The notes below the pieces were generated by a model, which had not been told where the DNA came from, made no database searches, and was given only the letters and a program-made list of their open reading frames with translations. Both the position numbers and the translations under genes were made by a program. 32,000 nucleotides of DNA from Vibrio vulnificus CMCP6 (GTDB taxonomy: Bacteria; Pseudomonadota; Gammaproteobacteria; Enterobacterales; Vibrionaceae), in contig NC_004459.3 in the NCBI RefSeq assembly GCF_000039765.1, positions 1,620,001 through 1,652,000 of the forward strand, given 5' to 3'. Numbering within the stretch: the stretch's first letter is position 1; each line of letters begins with the position of its first letter. Of this stretch, positions 17,719 through 26,851 are shown in pieces.

Positions 17719-20124
17719 TTAACCCAAAACGACCACAACCTCATTCACGGTGCCTTCTGCCTGCGCAGGAACGGCACCTTCGATCGCTTGACCATTTAAT
17801 GTGATGGATTTAACGCCCTTAGAAACACCTTGTGGGTTTTCGACTTTGATTTGGTAAGTCGCGCCACGCCATTGACGAGTCACTTCAAAACCAGGCCACG
17901 CTGTTGGAATACATGGGTCGATCTCAAGTGAATCAAAACCAGTACGCACACCGAGAATGAAGTTGGTGGTGGCGTAGTAAGCCCAACCTGAGGTTCCCGT
18001 TAACCAAGGGTGGTTTGCACGACCATGGTCTTGGTGGTCACGGCCCATGATGAACTGAACGTAGGAGTACGGTTCTGCCATGCGCGTTTCAATGATGTCG
18101 TTTTGGTTGTATGGGTTGAGTGAGTCGTAAAGCTCCATTGCGCGATCACCACGGCCCAGTTTCGCTTCTGCAACCCAAGCCCATGGGTTTGGATGCGAGA
18201 AGATAGCGCCGTTTTCTTTCACGCCTTGGTAAACGCGAGTGACGAAACCAATATCATCGTTTGGTGTCGCGAACGATGGTGCGTTTAGGTGTAGGCCGTA
18301 TTTCGAGAACAGGTACTCGTATACCGCGTCCATCGCCTTGATGCCGCGCTCGTGGCTGACTGCGCCAGACAGTACTGCCAGCGAGTTTGACTCAAGGTGC
18401 ACTTTGCCTTCCACTTGGTCGAAGGTACCGATCTTGTCGCCATCTTTGGTCAAACCACGGATGTACCATTCGCCTTTCTCATCCCACAAATGAGTTTCAC
18501 ACGCTTCACGAACGCCGCTTGCCATCGCTTGGTATTTGTCTGTCGCCGCTTCGTCATTACGGAAGCGAGAAAGCTCTAGGAAGGCTTCCAGTGCCCAGAA
18601 ATGCAGGAATGACACCATGGAAGACTCACCACCACCTAGGTTTAGACAGTCGTTCCAGTCTGCGCGTAGACCTTTACAGATACCCGTTTGACCGACGTAT
18701 TCTGCGGAGAAATCCAGTGCCGCCATCATGTGTTCATACACAGTCGCGTTGCCGCCGTCTGCATAAGGAATCACTTCATCAATAAAGCCGATATCGCCCG
18801 TCTCTTTCACATAGTTCAAGATGGTTGGCACGATCCATAGGTGATCGTCGGAACAGGTGTCTTTGATACCGTGGATCTTGTCATCGTCAGATGGTGTTGG
18901 GACAACGGTTGGTGATTTTGATGGTTTAACATCCGCTTTTTCTGGATCGAACCAATCTGGATCAAATAGGTGTAAACCGTATCCCGCTTTCACTTGGCCG
19001 CGAAGCAGATCAACCAAGCGTTTGCGCGTCATTGCTGGGTTGGTGTGAGGAACCGAAATTGCGTCTTGCGCGGTATCGCGGTAACCCAAGCCTGTGCGGC
19101 CACCCACTTCAATGAAAGAGGCAAAGCGAGACCACACCACACACGTTTCTGCTTGGTATAGAGTCCATGCGTTGATCATGGTATCCAAACCTGCGTTTGG
19201 TGATTTCACTTGGAACTTCTCACAGCGCTCGTCCCAGTGCGCTTTGATACCAGCAAAGGCTTGATCGACTTTAGTGAGATCTTGGTATTTCTCGCGCAGT
19301 TTTGCGCCATTACCTTTACCTACACCTAAGATCACTGCAAAGCGTACTTTTTCGCCAGGTTGTAGAACGAATTGTTTGTGCAACGCGCCACAGTGGTTGT
19401 AACAGGTTTGTGCAGTGTTAGAACACTTACCTTGTGCCACAGCGATTGGGTTTGCTTCGTCGCGGTACATACCGAGGAAGACATCGCGTTGGCCGTCGTA
19501 GCTGTCAGCATCAAACGTGGCTGTCAGGTAGTAGAAACCTAAGAAGTCGTCGGTGTTGTAGTATAGATCGTACTCAATCACGCCATCTTTGTACTCGGTA
19601 CCTGCAGAGTACAAGGACATCTGATGGTTTTGGTTGTCCGATTTAATGTGGCTGAAAGAAAACTCGACGTAGTTGAATGCACTGATGGTGCGCACTTCGT
19701 CAGAGGTGTTCTCGATTTCAACGTCCCAAACTTCCGCGTCTTCACCTTTTGGTACAAACAGGGTTTTGTTGGCAACAATGCCATTGTATTCACACTTAAA
19801 CTTGGAATAAGACAGGCCGTGACGAACTTCGTATTTCGCCTGCTCTAGGCTTTTAGCCACAGGCTGCCATGAAATTGACCAGTAATCACCCGTTGCATCA
19901 TCGCGTAGGTAGACATAGTGCCCCGGACGATCTTGAGTAAAGTTTGGACGGAACTTGGTCACACGGTTGTACTCAGGAGAGTGATAGAAAGAGTATCCCC
20001 CTGCGTTGTGTGAAATAACGGTACAGAATTTTTCGGTACCTAAGTAGTTGGTCCATGGTGCCGGTACATCCGGGCGAGTGATGACGTATTCACGATTGTC
20101 ATTATCGAAATAGCCGTATTTCAT
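17719..20124 (-). CDS. chbP: N,N'-diacetylchitobiose phosphorylase (GH94)
   Basis: ~801 aa. The N-terminus MKYGYFDNDNREYVITRPDVPAPWTNYLG and the length match my memory of Vibrio ChBP. Two in-frame ATGs occur at 20130 and 20124. The AAAGGA SD is too close to the first and 8 nt from the second, so I chose 20124. Confidence 0.88.
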   Translation of the reverse strand: MKYGYFDNDNREYVITRPDVPAPWTNYLGTEKFCTVISHNAGGYSFYHSPEYNRVTKFRPNFTQDRPGHYVYLRDDATGDYWSISWQPVAKSLEQAKYEVRHGLSYSKFKCEYNGIVANKTLFVPKGEDAEVWDVEIENTSDEVRTISAFNYVEFSFSHIKSDNQNHQMSLYSAGTEYKDGVIEYDLYYNTDDFLGFYYLTATFDADSYDGQRDVFLGMYRDEANPIAVAQGKCSNTAQTCYNHCGALHKQFVLQPGEKVRFAVILGVGKGNGAKLREKYQDLTKVDQAFAGIKAHWDERCEKFQVKSPNAGLDTMINAWTLYQAETCVVWSRFASFIEVGGRTGLGYRDTAQDAISVPHTNPAMTRKRLVDLLRGQVKAGYGLHLFDPDWFDPEKADVKPSKSPTVVPTPSDDDKIHGIKDTCSDDHLWIVPTILNYVKETGDIGFIDEVIPYADGGNATVYEHMMAALDFSAEYVGQTGICKGLRADWNDCLNLGGGESSMVSFLHFWALEAFLELSRFRNDEAATDKYQAMASGVREACETHLWDEKGEWYIRGLTKDGDKIGTFDQVEGKVHLESNSLAVLSGAVSHERGIKAMDAVYEYLFSKYGLHLNAPSFATPNDDIGFVTRVYQGVKENGAIFSHPNPWAWVAEAKLGRGDRAMELYDSLNPYNQNDIIETRMAEPYSYVQFIMGRDHQDHGRANHPWLTGTSGWAYYATTNFILGVRTGFDSLEIDPCIPTAWPGFEVTRQWRGATYQIKVENPQGVSKGVKSITLNGQAIEGAVPAQAEGTVNEVVVVLG

Positions 20125-20214
20125 TGTCATTTCCTTTTCAACAAACTGCTTGGTAAGGCAGTCAAAAACTAAAGCTAGTGAAAACTTAGGAAAGCGAGGC
20201 TTTCATTCGGTTGT

Positions 20215-22134
20215 TCATTTCCATGGCTGGCGATACTTGATGCCCTGTTTGTCCAGTAGCGGCAAGTGACCTTTCAGCCTTGATAAAAAGTCGTTCCAAT
20301 CACGATGTTCTTTCTGTGTCCAACACGCTTCGGCGAGTGCAATAATGCGTGGGAAGACCATATAGTCCATTCGCTCAGGGTTATTGATGATTTCGCACCA
20401 AAGAGCCGTTTGGATTCCCCAAATTCGCTTATGAATTGGGTCGTCAGCCGGAATATTGGCAAGCGGCTCGTAGTTGTAGGCTTTTTCGAGTGGCAGTGGA
20501 TTGGCCCAATCTACCCCCGGCTCTTCCGGTGCGTAATCTTGTGTCATATCGAGATAAGTGGTTTGAGCGGGTTGAAGTACCACATCAAAGCCTTGACGGG
20601 CGCAGTTCACCGCCGCTTCTTCACTTAACCACGAGTAAATCACGGTGTCCTTACTCACTTTGTCACCGTGTTGTGCTTCTTCCCATCCCAACATTCGCTT
20701 GCCAAGACTGCGCAGCTTTTGCTCGGCGTGACGCAGTAAGTGACCTTGCAGCTCCTTGTAATCCTGATAGCCATGTTGCTTCATCAAGGCTTGACAGCTT
20801 GGGCTGTTTGACCAAACCCCGTGAGGTACTTCGTCGGCACCAATATGAACGTAGGGTGCCGGGAACAGTTGGGCGATTTCTTCCAGCACACCATCTAAAA
20901 ATTGATAGGTGGTGCTTAAGCCGGGATTAAGAACGTTATCGGAGTAATTTTGAATACTGCGATAGACGGTGTCGTCTTCTGCTTCTACCAGCATTTCTGG
21001 CAGCGATTTAATCGCTGCGCGACAGTGACCAGGAACGTCAATTTCAGGAATGACCATGATGCTGCGCTGCGCGGCGTAGGCGACCACTTCTTTGATCTCT
21101 TCTTGGCTATAGAACCCGCCATAACGCTGCGAAATATGGGTATATTGGGGCTCAATCGCTTCATCGACACCACGCCAAGCCCCTGTCTCTGTTAATGCTG
21201 GGAATGCTTTGATTTCAACGCGCCAGCCTTCATCGTCCGTTAAATGCCAATGAAAGGTATTGAACTTATAGTGGGCGAGGAGATTAATTAGACGCTTGAC
21301 TTGCTCAACCGAGTGGAAGTGGCGAGAGCAATCCAACATCATGCCGCGATAGCGAAAACGTGGGCTGTCAGAAATTGAACAGCAAGCCAACTGGGCCTCT
21401 TGTGTGAGCGAGTTGTAATCAAGCAGTTGTAATAGGCTTGCGGTAGCGTGGACAAAGCCAGAGCTAGAGCCCGCTTCAACGCGCACTTGCTCTTGGCTAA
21501 TTTTGAGTTGATAAGCCCCTTCATCCAGTGTTGGGTTGCTACGGTAAACGATTTCTCCCGCTTCGCTGGTGGCAAGTTTAAACTGATGCAAACGCGCCAT
21601 TTCGTCCATGAGCCAAGTCACCGCGGAGTCCGCCAATGCGGATTGGCAGGTGATGGCTGACGATGGTGTGAGAGAAAAATGCCCAGCATCAACATGCAAC
21701 GCATTTGCTTTAGGTAATAGTGAATAGGCGCTGGCTAACGTAGGAGCGATGGTTTCGCGTTCACGGTAGGGTGAAGCAAGAACGATCGGGGTGACATCGA
21801 CGTTAGAGCGCACCTGCTCACCTTCATGGTGATACTCGACAAAAGCTTCATTCAATCCATCGGAATAAAAACGGAATGGATTGGTCAGTACGGTGAACTC
21901 ACAATAGAAGTGATGATTGGCCGGTAGTACCAAGCTATCTGGTTTTAACTGACAGAAACTCCCAATTTGCGTTAAGGTGCCATGCGAAATGCTGCCTGGC
22001 TGAATAAAACGAGTAAAGGCAAAGGTTAAAGACCAGTTGGGTAAGTCTTGATCACTGAGGTTATGCAGCGTCATACCAAAACGGCAGTTTTGCTTTTGTT
22101 CTGAAAGGACAACCAGGTCGATACGATATTCCAT
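20215..22134 (-). CDS. beta-N-acetylhexosaminidase (GH20)
   Basis: 639 aa. GH20 catalytic block YVHIGADEV (D-E pair), plus RGMMLDCSRHF and HWHLTDDEGWR, typical of GH20 TIM barrels. No signal peptide, so it is probably cytoplasmic. Confidence 0.88.
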   Translation of the reverse strand: MEYRIDLVVLSEQKQNCRFGMTLHNLSDQDLPNWSLTFAFTRFIQPGSISHGTLTQIGSFCQLKPDSLVLPANHHFYCEFTVLTNPFRFYSDGLNEAFVEYHHEGEQVRSNVDVTPIVLASPYRERETIAPTLASAYSLLPKANALHVDAGHFSLTPSSAITCQSALADSAVTWLMDEMARLHQFKLATSEAGEIVYRSNPTLDEGAYQLKISQEQVRVEAGSSSGFVHATASLLQLLDYNSLTQEAQLACCSISDSPRFRYRGMMLDCSRHFHSVEQVKRLINLLAHYKFNTFHWHLTDDEGWRVEIKAFPALTETGAWRGVDEAIEPQYTHISQRYGGFYSQEEIKEVVAYAAQRSIMVIPEIDVPGHCRAAIKSLPEMLVEAEDDTVYRSIQNYSDNVLNPGLSTTYQFLDGVLEEIAQLFPAPYVHIGADEVPHGVWSNSPSCQALMKQHGYQDYKELQGHLLRHAEQKLRSLGKRMLGWEEAQHGDKVSKDTVIYSWLSEEAAVNCARQGFDVVLQPAQTTYLDMTQDYAPEEPGVDWANPLPLEKAYNYEPLANIPADDPIHKRIWGIQTALWCEIINNPERMDYMVFPRIIALAEACWTQKEHRDWNDFLSRLKGHLPLLDKQGIKYRQPWK

Positions 22135-22143
22135 AAACGATTC

Positions 22144-23034
22144 CTAATTTGTTGCCACGGCATAGAGGTTATGTTCGCTTTTACCTGCAAACATGAGTGC
22201 ACCCTCTATGGCGTCATACTGAGCTTCAACGATCCACTGTTGTACTGGTGGAGAGAGCCACTTAACAATACGCTCGGCAATGCTGCCCATTAGACAGATG
22301 CGTGTTGCCCCGCGTTTATTTAAGGCAATCAGGAACATTTCAATGTCTTGCGCTGTTTGTTTTAGCATCTCGATCGCCAGTGTGTCGCCTTGTTCGGCAT
22401 GCTGGAAGATCGCAGGAGAAAATTGGCCATAATCACGAGGTAAAGCGGTTTTTGACCACTCAACAATGGCATCCACGTCATGATGGAAATGCGCCATAAC
22501 ATGCTCACATAACGGTGTGTTTTCGCGGATCCCATCTTGAGCTAGGAGTACTTGTTGAATAAGACGAAGGCCCATGACAGCGCCGCCCCCTTGATCCGAA
22601 ATAGGAAACTCACGGCCGCCAACCACGTGTTGAGTGGTGCCTTGCAGATAGATGCCACATGAACCCGTACCGGCAATCATGATGGCGCCATCTTGACCAT
22701 TATGTGCACCAATACAGGCGCCGTAAGCGTCGGTATTGAGTGTCATGCTGGCAAACGGATGTGTTTGTTGCATAAAGCTTTGCCAAGAGGCTTTATGTTC
22801 TGCTCCGGCTAAAGCCAATCCTACATGCATGCGAGAAAAATCTTGTGTGGATAAACCGCCTTGTGTGGCCGCGTCTTGAATGGCCGAAAGAATCGATTCC
22901 ATTGCCACAGAGGCGCCCAGCATAATGTTGGCACTGCCGCTTTTGGCTTCACCAATAAAGTGCCCTTGAGCATCTTTGATGCGTGCTCGGCAAGAAGTGC
23001 CGCCCCCATCGATTCCTACGTATAAATGCGTCAT
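22144..23034 (-). CDS. BadF/BcrA-type sugar kinase (glucosamine/N-acetylglucosamine kinase family; the V. cholerae orthologue was reported as glucosamine-specific)
   Basis: 296 aa. N-terminal phosphate-1 motif GIDGGGTSCR and a second ATPase block IAGTGS. AGGA SD lies inside the end of the upstream gene. There is a 1-nt gap to the GH9 stop. Confidence 0.8.
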   Translation of the reverse strand: MTHLYVGIDGGGTSCRARIKDAQGHFIGEAKSGSANIMLGASVAMESILSAIQDAATQGGLSTQDFSRMHVGLALAGAEHKASWQSFMQQTHPFASMTLNTDAYGACIGAHNGQDGAIMIAGTGSCGIYLQGTTQHVVGGREFPISDQGGGAVMGLRLIQQVLLAQDGIRENTPLCEHVMAHFHHDVDAIVEWSKTALPRDYGQFSPAIFQHAEQGDTLAIEMLKQTAQDIEMFLIALNKRGATRICLMGSIAERIVKWLSPPVQQWIVEAQYDAIEGALMFAGKSEHNLYAVATN

Positions 23035-23035
23035 G

Positions 23036-24757
23036 TTATTTTCCTAGCGTGGCTGAGTTGTAGTGTGTCTGGCTCATGATCGCGAGAAGATACCAAGCCC
23101 CATGAGGGATCCATTGCTCTCCCCAGCGCCAGTTTTGTAATAAGTCGTCTTTTTGTTTTTCAGGATTAAAGGCAATGTCGTTTTCATCATCAAAGCCTGA
23201 AGTGATGCCGTTACAGACGCCCCCTTTGGCGTTGAAGAAACCGAATTGAGGCAAATAGTCAGGATTGTTACGACCATGCCCATCCAGCATACACATATCG
23301 TAAGGGTTGAGACCCAATACCCAATCGAGTGAGCGCTGAGCCAATACGGCCATCTCATGACTGAGGCGAGCATCTTGCAGATGAGGTTGCACCAAGTAAG
23401 CCATTGAGGCGATGGAGCCTAAACGCGCATTCTCACCTTGCCACCAGTACCCAGACTCATTGTTTTGCGCGACAAAAAACGCATCACGCTTATTTTCGTT
23501 TACGCCTTTGACATATTGTCTTGGGTAGCTAAATGGGTTATTCACTTTATGAGTAATGTTGAGCTCAAATTCACATGCTCGGTGCACGACTTCTCGCGCT
23601 TGTTCCATTAGTTCAGAGTTGTGTTCAATCGAGAGGTATTCGCACAGGGCAATAACAGGTAGGCCTGCTTCCGCTGCGTGGAAATAGGGACGAGAACCAT
23701 CCAGATTGGCAGACCAATAATGGGCAAACTGCTCATCACTTTGCTGTCGAGTACACAAGCGTGATGCCCAAATTCGGCTTTCCGCGAGATAACGCTCTTC
23801 TTGAGTGGCACGATAGAGCTCAACAACCGCGAGCAGAGCGCAATACTCATCAATGATGTTTTCTTGACCATCGTTGAGGTATTGAGGGTTGTACTCTTTG
23901 AGATGCCAGTAACCATTCTCTGCAGCATTGAGGTATTTTTGTTGGTCAAATTCACCGTGTACATCGAGACGAGAGGCGGCCGCTAGCGCTGCGATGCTGA
24001 CGCCGCCGCCTTGACGAAACCCTGCTTGATAGTCATCAGATTTATGACCTTGCTGAGTTTCGTAAGAGCAGATCTCGCGTTGTTTGATGTCTTTACTCCA
24101 CTTATCGAACACCGTGGTATAGAAGAAGCCTTGGCTGTCTTGCATTCTGACGAGGAAATCCGCGCCATGCAGCGCTTCTTCTTTCAAACGTACTTGGCTG
24201 AAGGCGGGTAGGATCTCATGACCAGAGAGCAGTTCTAGCCCTTTAAGCATGTTCCAAACCACCATCGGCGTTTGCTGTGGGTTGAGATAATTGGCATACG
24301 AAAGATGGCTGAGGTATTTGCTCACGTCGCCAGATGCGTCGTACCAACCGCCGTGTACATCGACGGTTTTATTACGGTTTAACAGTGGTGCGTTGCGATC
24401 TTGCAGGTCAAAAATGCCGCCACAGCGCTGTGATTTAAAGTAATGCAGTACATCGGAAAAAGTTTGCTGCATCAGCAGCGATTGGCCGATAGTGAAGTTT
24501 GCTGAACGATGATTATCAAAACGAATATAGAACTCGCCGACTTGGTCGAAGTCTGAAAAATCAATCGTGTAAAAGTAACCTTGGTGCCAATTGGCGACTT
24601 TGCCCACTTTCTCGATTTCTAATGATGCCACGGTCTGATGGCCATTGGCGCACACCAATAAGGCAGCATAAGACGACAAACGCGACTTATTACTTTGAAT
24701 GACCGCATGTTTGGGTCCACTCAGTTCGTAGCCTAGGTGATTGGTGAGTAGCAGCAT
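23036..24757 (-). CDS. GH9 family glycosidase (annotated endoglucanase-related; orthologues reported as beta-glucosidase / exo-beta-glucosaminidase)
   Basis: I chose the ATG at 24757 (MLLLTNHLGYEL...), with a GGAG SD 8 nt upstream. GH9 signature HGGWYDASGD. No signal peptide. The ORF-track start at 24826 adds 23 residues and has no SD. Confidence 0.8.
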   Translation of the reverse strand: MLLLTNHLGYELSGPKHAVIQSNKSRLSSYAALLVCANGHQTVASLEIEKVGKVANWHQGYFYTIDFSDFDQVGEFYIRFDNHRSANFTIGQSLLMQQTFSDVLHYFKSQRCGGIFDLQDRNAPLLNRNKTVDVHGGWYDASGDVSKYLSHLSYANYLNPQQTPMVVWNMLKGLELLSGHEILPAFSQVRLKEEALHGADFLVRMQDSQGFFYTTVFDKWSKDIKQREICSYETQQGHKSDDYQAGFRQGGGVSIAALAAASRLDVHGEFDQQKYLNAAENGYWHLKEYNPQYLNDGQENIIDEYCALLAVVELYRATQEERYLAESRIWASRLCTRQQSDEQFAHYWSANLDGSRPYFHAAEAGLPVIALCEYLSIEHNSELMEQAREVVHRACEFELNITHKVNNPFSYPRQYVKGVNENKRDAFFVAQNNESGYWWQGENARLGSIASMAYLVQPHLQDARLSHEMAVLAQRSLDWVLGLNPYDMCMLDGHGRNNPDYLPQFGFFNAKGGVCNGITSGFDDENDIAFNPEKQKDDLLQNWRWGEQWIPHGAWYLLAIMSQTHYNSATLGK

Positions 24758-24801
24758 TACAAATCTCCGACATGTCGCAAAATAATAGGTAGTAACAGTG
24801 A

Positions 24802-24824
24802 GAGCCAAGGCAACGCCTTGGCTC
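24802..24824 (-). other. Perfect 10-bp intercistronic hairpin after the second ATPase gene
   Basis: GAGCCAAGGC-aac-GCCTTGGCTC, 9 nt downstream of the stop at 24833. No immediate U-tract on the minus strand. Confidence 0.5.
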
Positions 24825-24832
24825 AATTAGGT

Positions 24833-25828
24833 TTAGTTTTCGAATAGGTAACAACGAACAAAGTGGTTTTCAGACAGTTGAGTCACTTCAGGCAGCTTCT
24901 CACGACATTTCTCTGTTGCGTGTTCACAGCGACCAGCGAAAGGACAGCCAACGGAATCTGGAGTCCAAAGTGGAATTTCTCCTTTGTTGCCTTTGAGCTT
25001 TTCATGAATGGATTTCGATGGATCTGGCACCGCAGAAACCAACAACTGCGTGTATGGGTGTTGAGGATCGTGAATGATCTCATCGGTATCCCCCCATTCC
25101 ACCATGTGTCCAACATACATTACTGCCAGATCTTCCGCGATATAACGAGCCGTTGCGATGTCGTGCGTGATGTAAAGAAGAGACATCTGTTTTTCGAACT
25201 TCATCTCTTCCATCAAGTTAAGGACACCAGCGCGAATCGATACGTCCAGCATTGAGGTCGGTTCGTCGGCAAGCACCACTTCTGCGCCTACAGCAATGTT
25301 ACGCGCCAAGTTGACACGCTGACGCTGACCACCAGAAAGCTGATGCGGAAACTTTTCTGCAGTGGCTTTCGGTGGAATCAAGCCCACTTGTTCAAGCAGG
25401 TCGTACACGCGCTCTTCCAACTCTTTCTTGTTACCCGGTGCGACCTTTTTGTGGATCAGTAGCGGGCGCGCAATATGGTGGAAGATATTGTGTGTTGGGT
25501 TGAGAGAACCAAACGGGTCTTGCCACACCATTTGGATCCCTTCGCGATAGGTCATGAGATCTTTCTTTGATGTGATCTCTTGAATATCACGCCCTTTGTA
25601 CTCAATGACGCCATTCGTTGGGGCGTACATCTTGGCAATCATTTTGGCTGTCGTGGATTTGCCTGAGCCAGATTCACCCACGACAGACAGACCACGTGCT
25701 TTGTACATTTTGAACGACACGTCGTTGATCGCACGCATCTTGGTTTGTTTTAGAGCATTACTGTTGAGGGGAAAGTCTTTGACGACATTTTTACCTTCAA
25801 TCAGTAGCTCGCCATATTCTTTGCTCAT
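24833..25828 (-). CDS. Chitooligosaccharide ABC transporter ATP-binding protein (Opp/DppF-like)
   Basis: Walker A GESGSGKST, signature LSGGQRQRVNLAR, Walker B VLADEPTSMLD. C-terminal oligopeptide-ATPase domain with Cys295/301/308/326. Confidence 0.88.
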   Translation of the reverse strand: MSKEYGELLIEGKNVVKDFPLNSNALKQTKMRAINDVSFKMYKARGLSVVGESGSGKSTTAKMIAKMYAPTNGVIEYKGRDIQEITSKKDLMTYREGIQMVWQDPFGSLNPTHNIFHHIARPLLIHKKVAPGNKKELEERVYDLLEQVGLIPPKATAEKFPHQLSGGQRQRVNLARNIAVGAEVVLADEPTSMLDVSIRAGVLNLMEEMKFEKQMSLLYITHDIATARYIAEDLAVMYVGHMVEWGDTDEIIHDPQHPYTQLLVSAVPDPSKSIHEKLKGNKGEIPLWTPDSVGCPFAGRCEHATEKCREKLPEVTQLSENHFVRCYLFEN

Positions 25829-25865
25829 AATTGTCTCCAGTCTTCTTACTGCTTATTTCGTTGTG

Positions 25866-26849
25866 TTACAGCTTGTTTTGAGCAATCGGTTCGCCATAAA
25901 GGTGGCAGTTTGAGAAACGGCCTGGCTCGATTTGTCTTAAGCTAGTAGCGACTTTGGTACAGGTGTCATGCACTCGATCACAACGTGCCTGGAAACGGCA
26001 GCCCTGAGGAACCTCTAGTAAGTTAAGAGGGTTACCTGGGATACCTGTTAACTTGGTTTTTGGACCCGTTAACGGAGGGAAAGAGCTACCCAACCCTTTG
26101 GTGTAAGGGTGGTAAGGACTTTCCAAAATTTGTTTAGCGGGAGCGACTTCAATCAGTTCACCGGAATACATGATGCCAATGCGGTCTGAAAACTCGACCA
26201 TCAACGACAAGTCATGGGTAATGAACAGAATCGAGAAGCCGAACTCTTCTTTCAATGCGTAGATTTTTTGCAAAATCTCACGCTGTACAACCACGTCTAG
26301 TGCTGTAGTTGGCTCATCCATGATGATCATTTTCGGATTGAGAGCCAACGCGATTGCAATAACCAAACGCTGACGCATACCACCAGAGAACTGATGAGGG
26401 TAGTCATGCAAACGGCTTGGGTGAATGTCCACGATCTCCAGCAAACCTTCTGCGCGACGTTTTGCCTGCTCACGCGTCATGTTGGTGTGGCGCATGATGA
26501 CGTCACAGAATTGATCTTCCATCGTCAGTACTGGGTTCAGCGCGTTCATTGCACTTTGGAAAACCATCGACATTTCGCTCCAGCGGAATGCCTGCATGCG
26601 GTCATCGCTGTATTGCAAGATGTTTTCACCATTGAAGATGACTTCCCCGCCAGTGATAAACGCTGGCGGCTTGTGTAGACGCATCAATGAGAATGCAACG
26701 GTGGATTTGCCACAGCCTGATTCGCCTGCTAGGCCAAATACTTCGCCTGGTGCAATATCAAAGCTAACGTTGTTACAAGCGCGGACATCGCCCGCGTCTG
26801 TGATGTAGTCAACGCAAAGGTTGCGGATTGAAATAAGTGGTTCGGTCAT
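25866..26849 (-). CDS. Chitooligosaccharide ABC transporter ATP-binding protein (Opp/DppD-like)
   Basis: Walker A GESGCGKST, signature FSGGMRQRLVIAIAL, Walker B IIMDEPTTALD. C-terminal domain with Cys284/290/297/315. Confidence 0.88.
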   Translation of the reverse strand: MTEPLISIRNLCVDYITDAGDVRACNNVSFDIAPGEVFGLAGESGCGKSTVAFSLMRLHKPPAFITGGEVIFNGENILQYSDDRMQAFRWSEMSMVFQSAMNALNPVLTMEDQFCDVIMRHTNMTREQAKRRAEGLLEIVDIHPSRLHDYPHQFSGGMRQRLVIAIALALNPKMIIMDEPTTALDVVVQREILQKIYALKEEFGFSILFITHDLSLMVEFSDRIGIMYSGELIEVAPAKQILESPYHPYTKGLGSSFPPLTGPKTKLTGIPGNPLNLLEVPQGCRFQARCDRVHDTCTKVATSLRQIEPGRFSNCHLYGEPIAQNKL

Positions 26850-26851
26850 GA

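Noticed and set aside
20436-20930. 164-codon plus-strand ORF antisense to the GH20 gene; similar antisense ORFs occur at 18387-18785, 24863-25255 and 11461-11847
   Set aside because: These lie entirely inside strongly supported genes on the other strand. Composition is Arg/Ser/Cys/Pro-rich, and there are no ribosome-binding sites or motifs.
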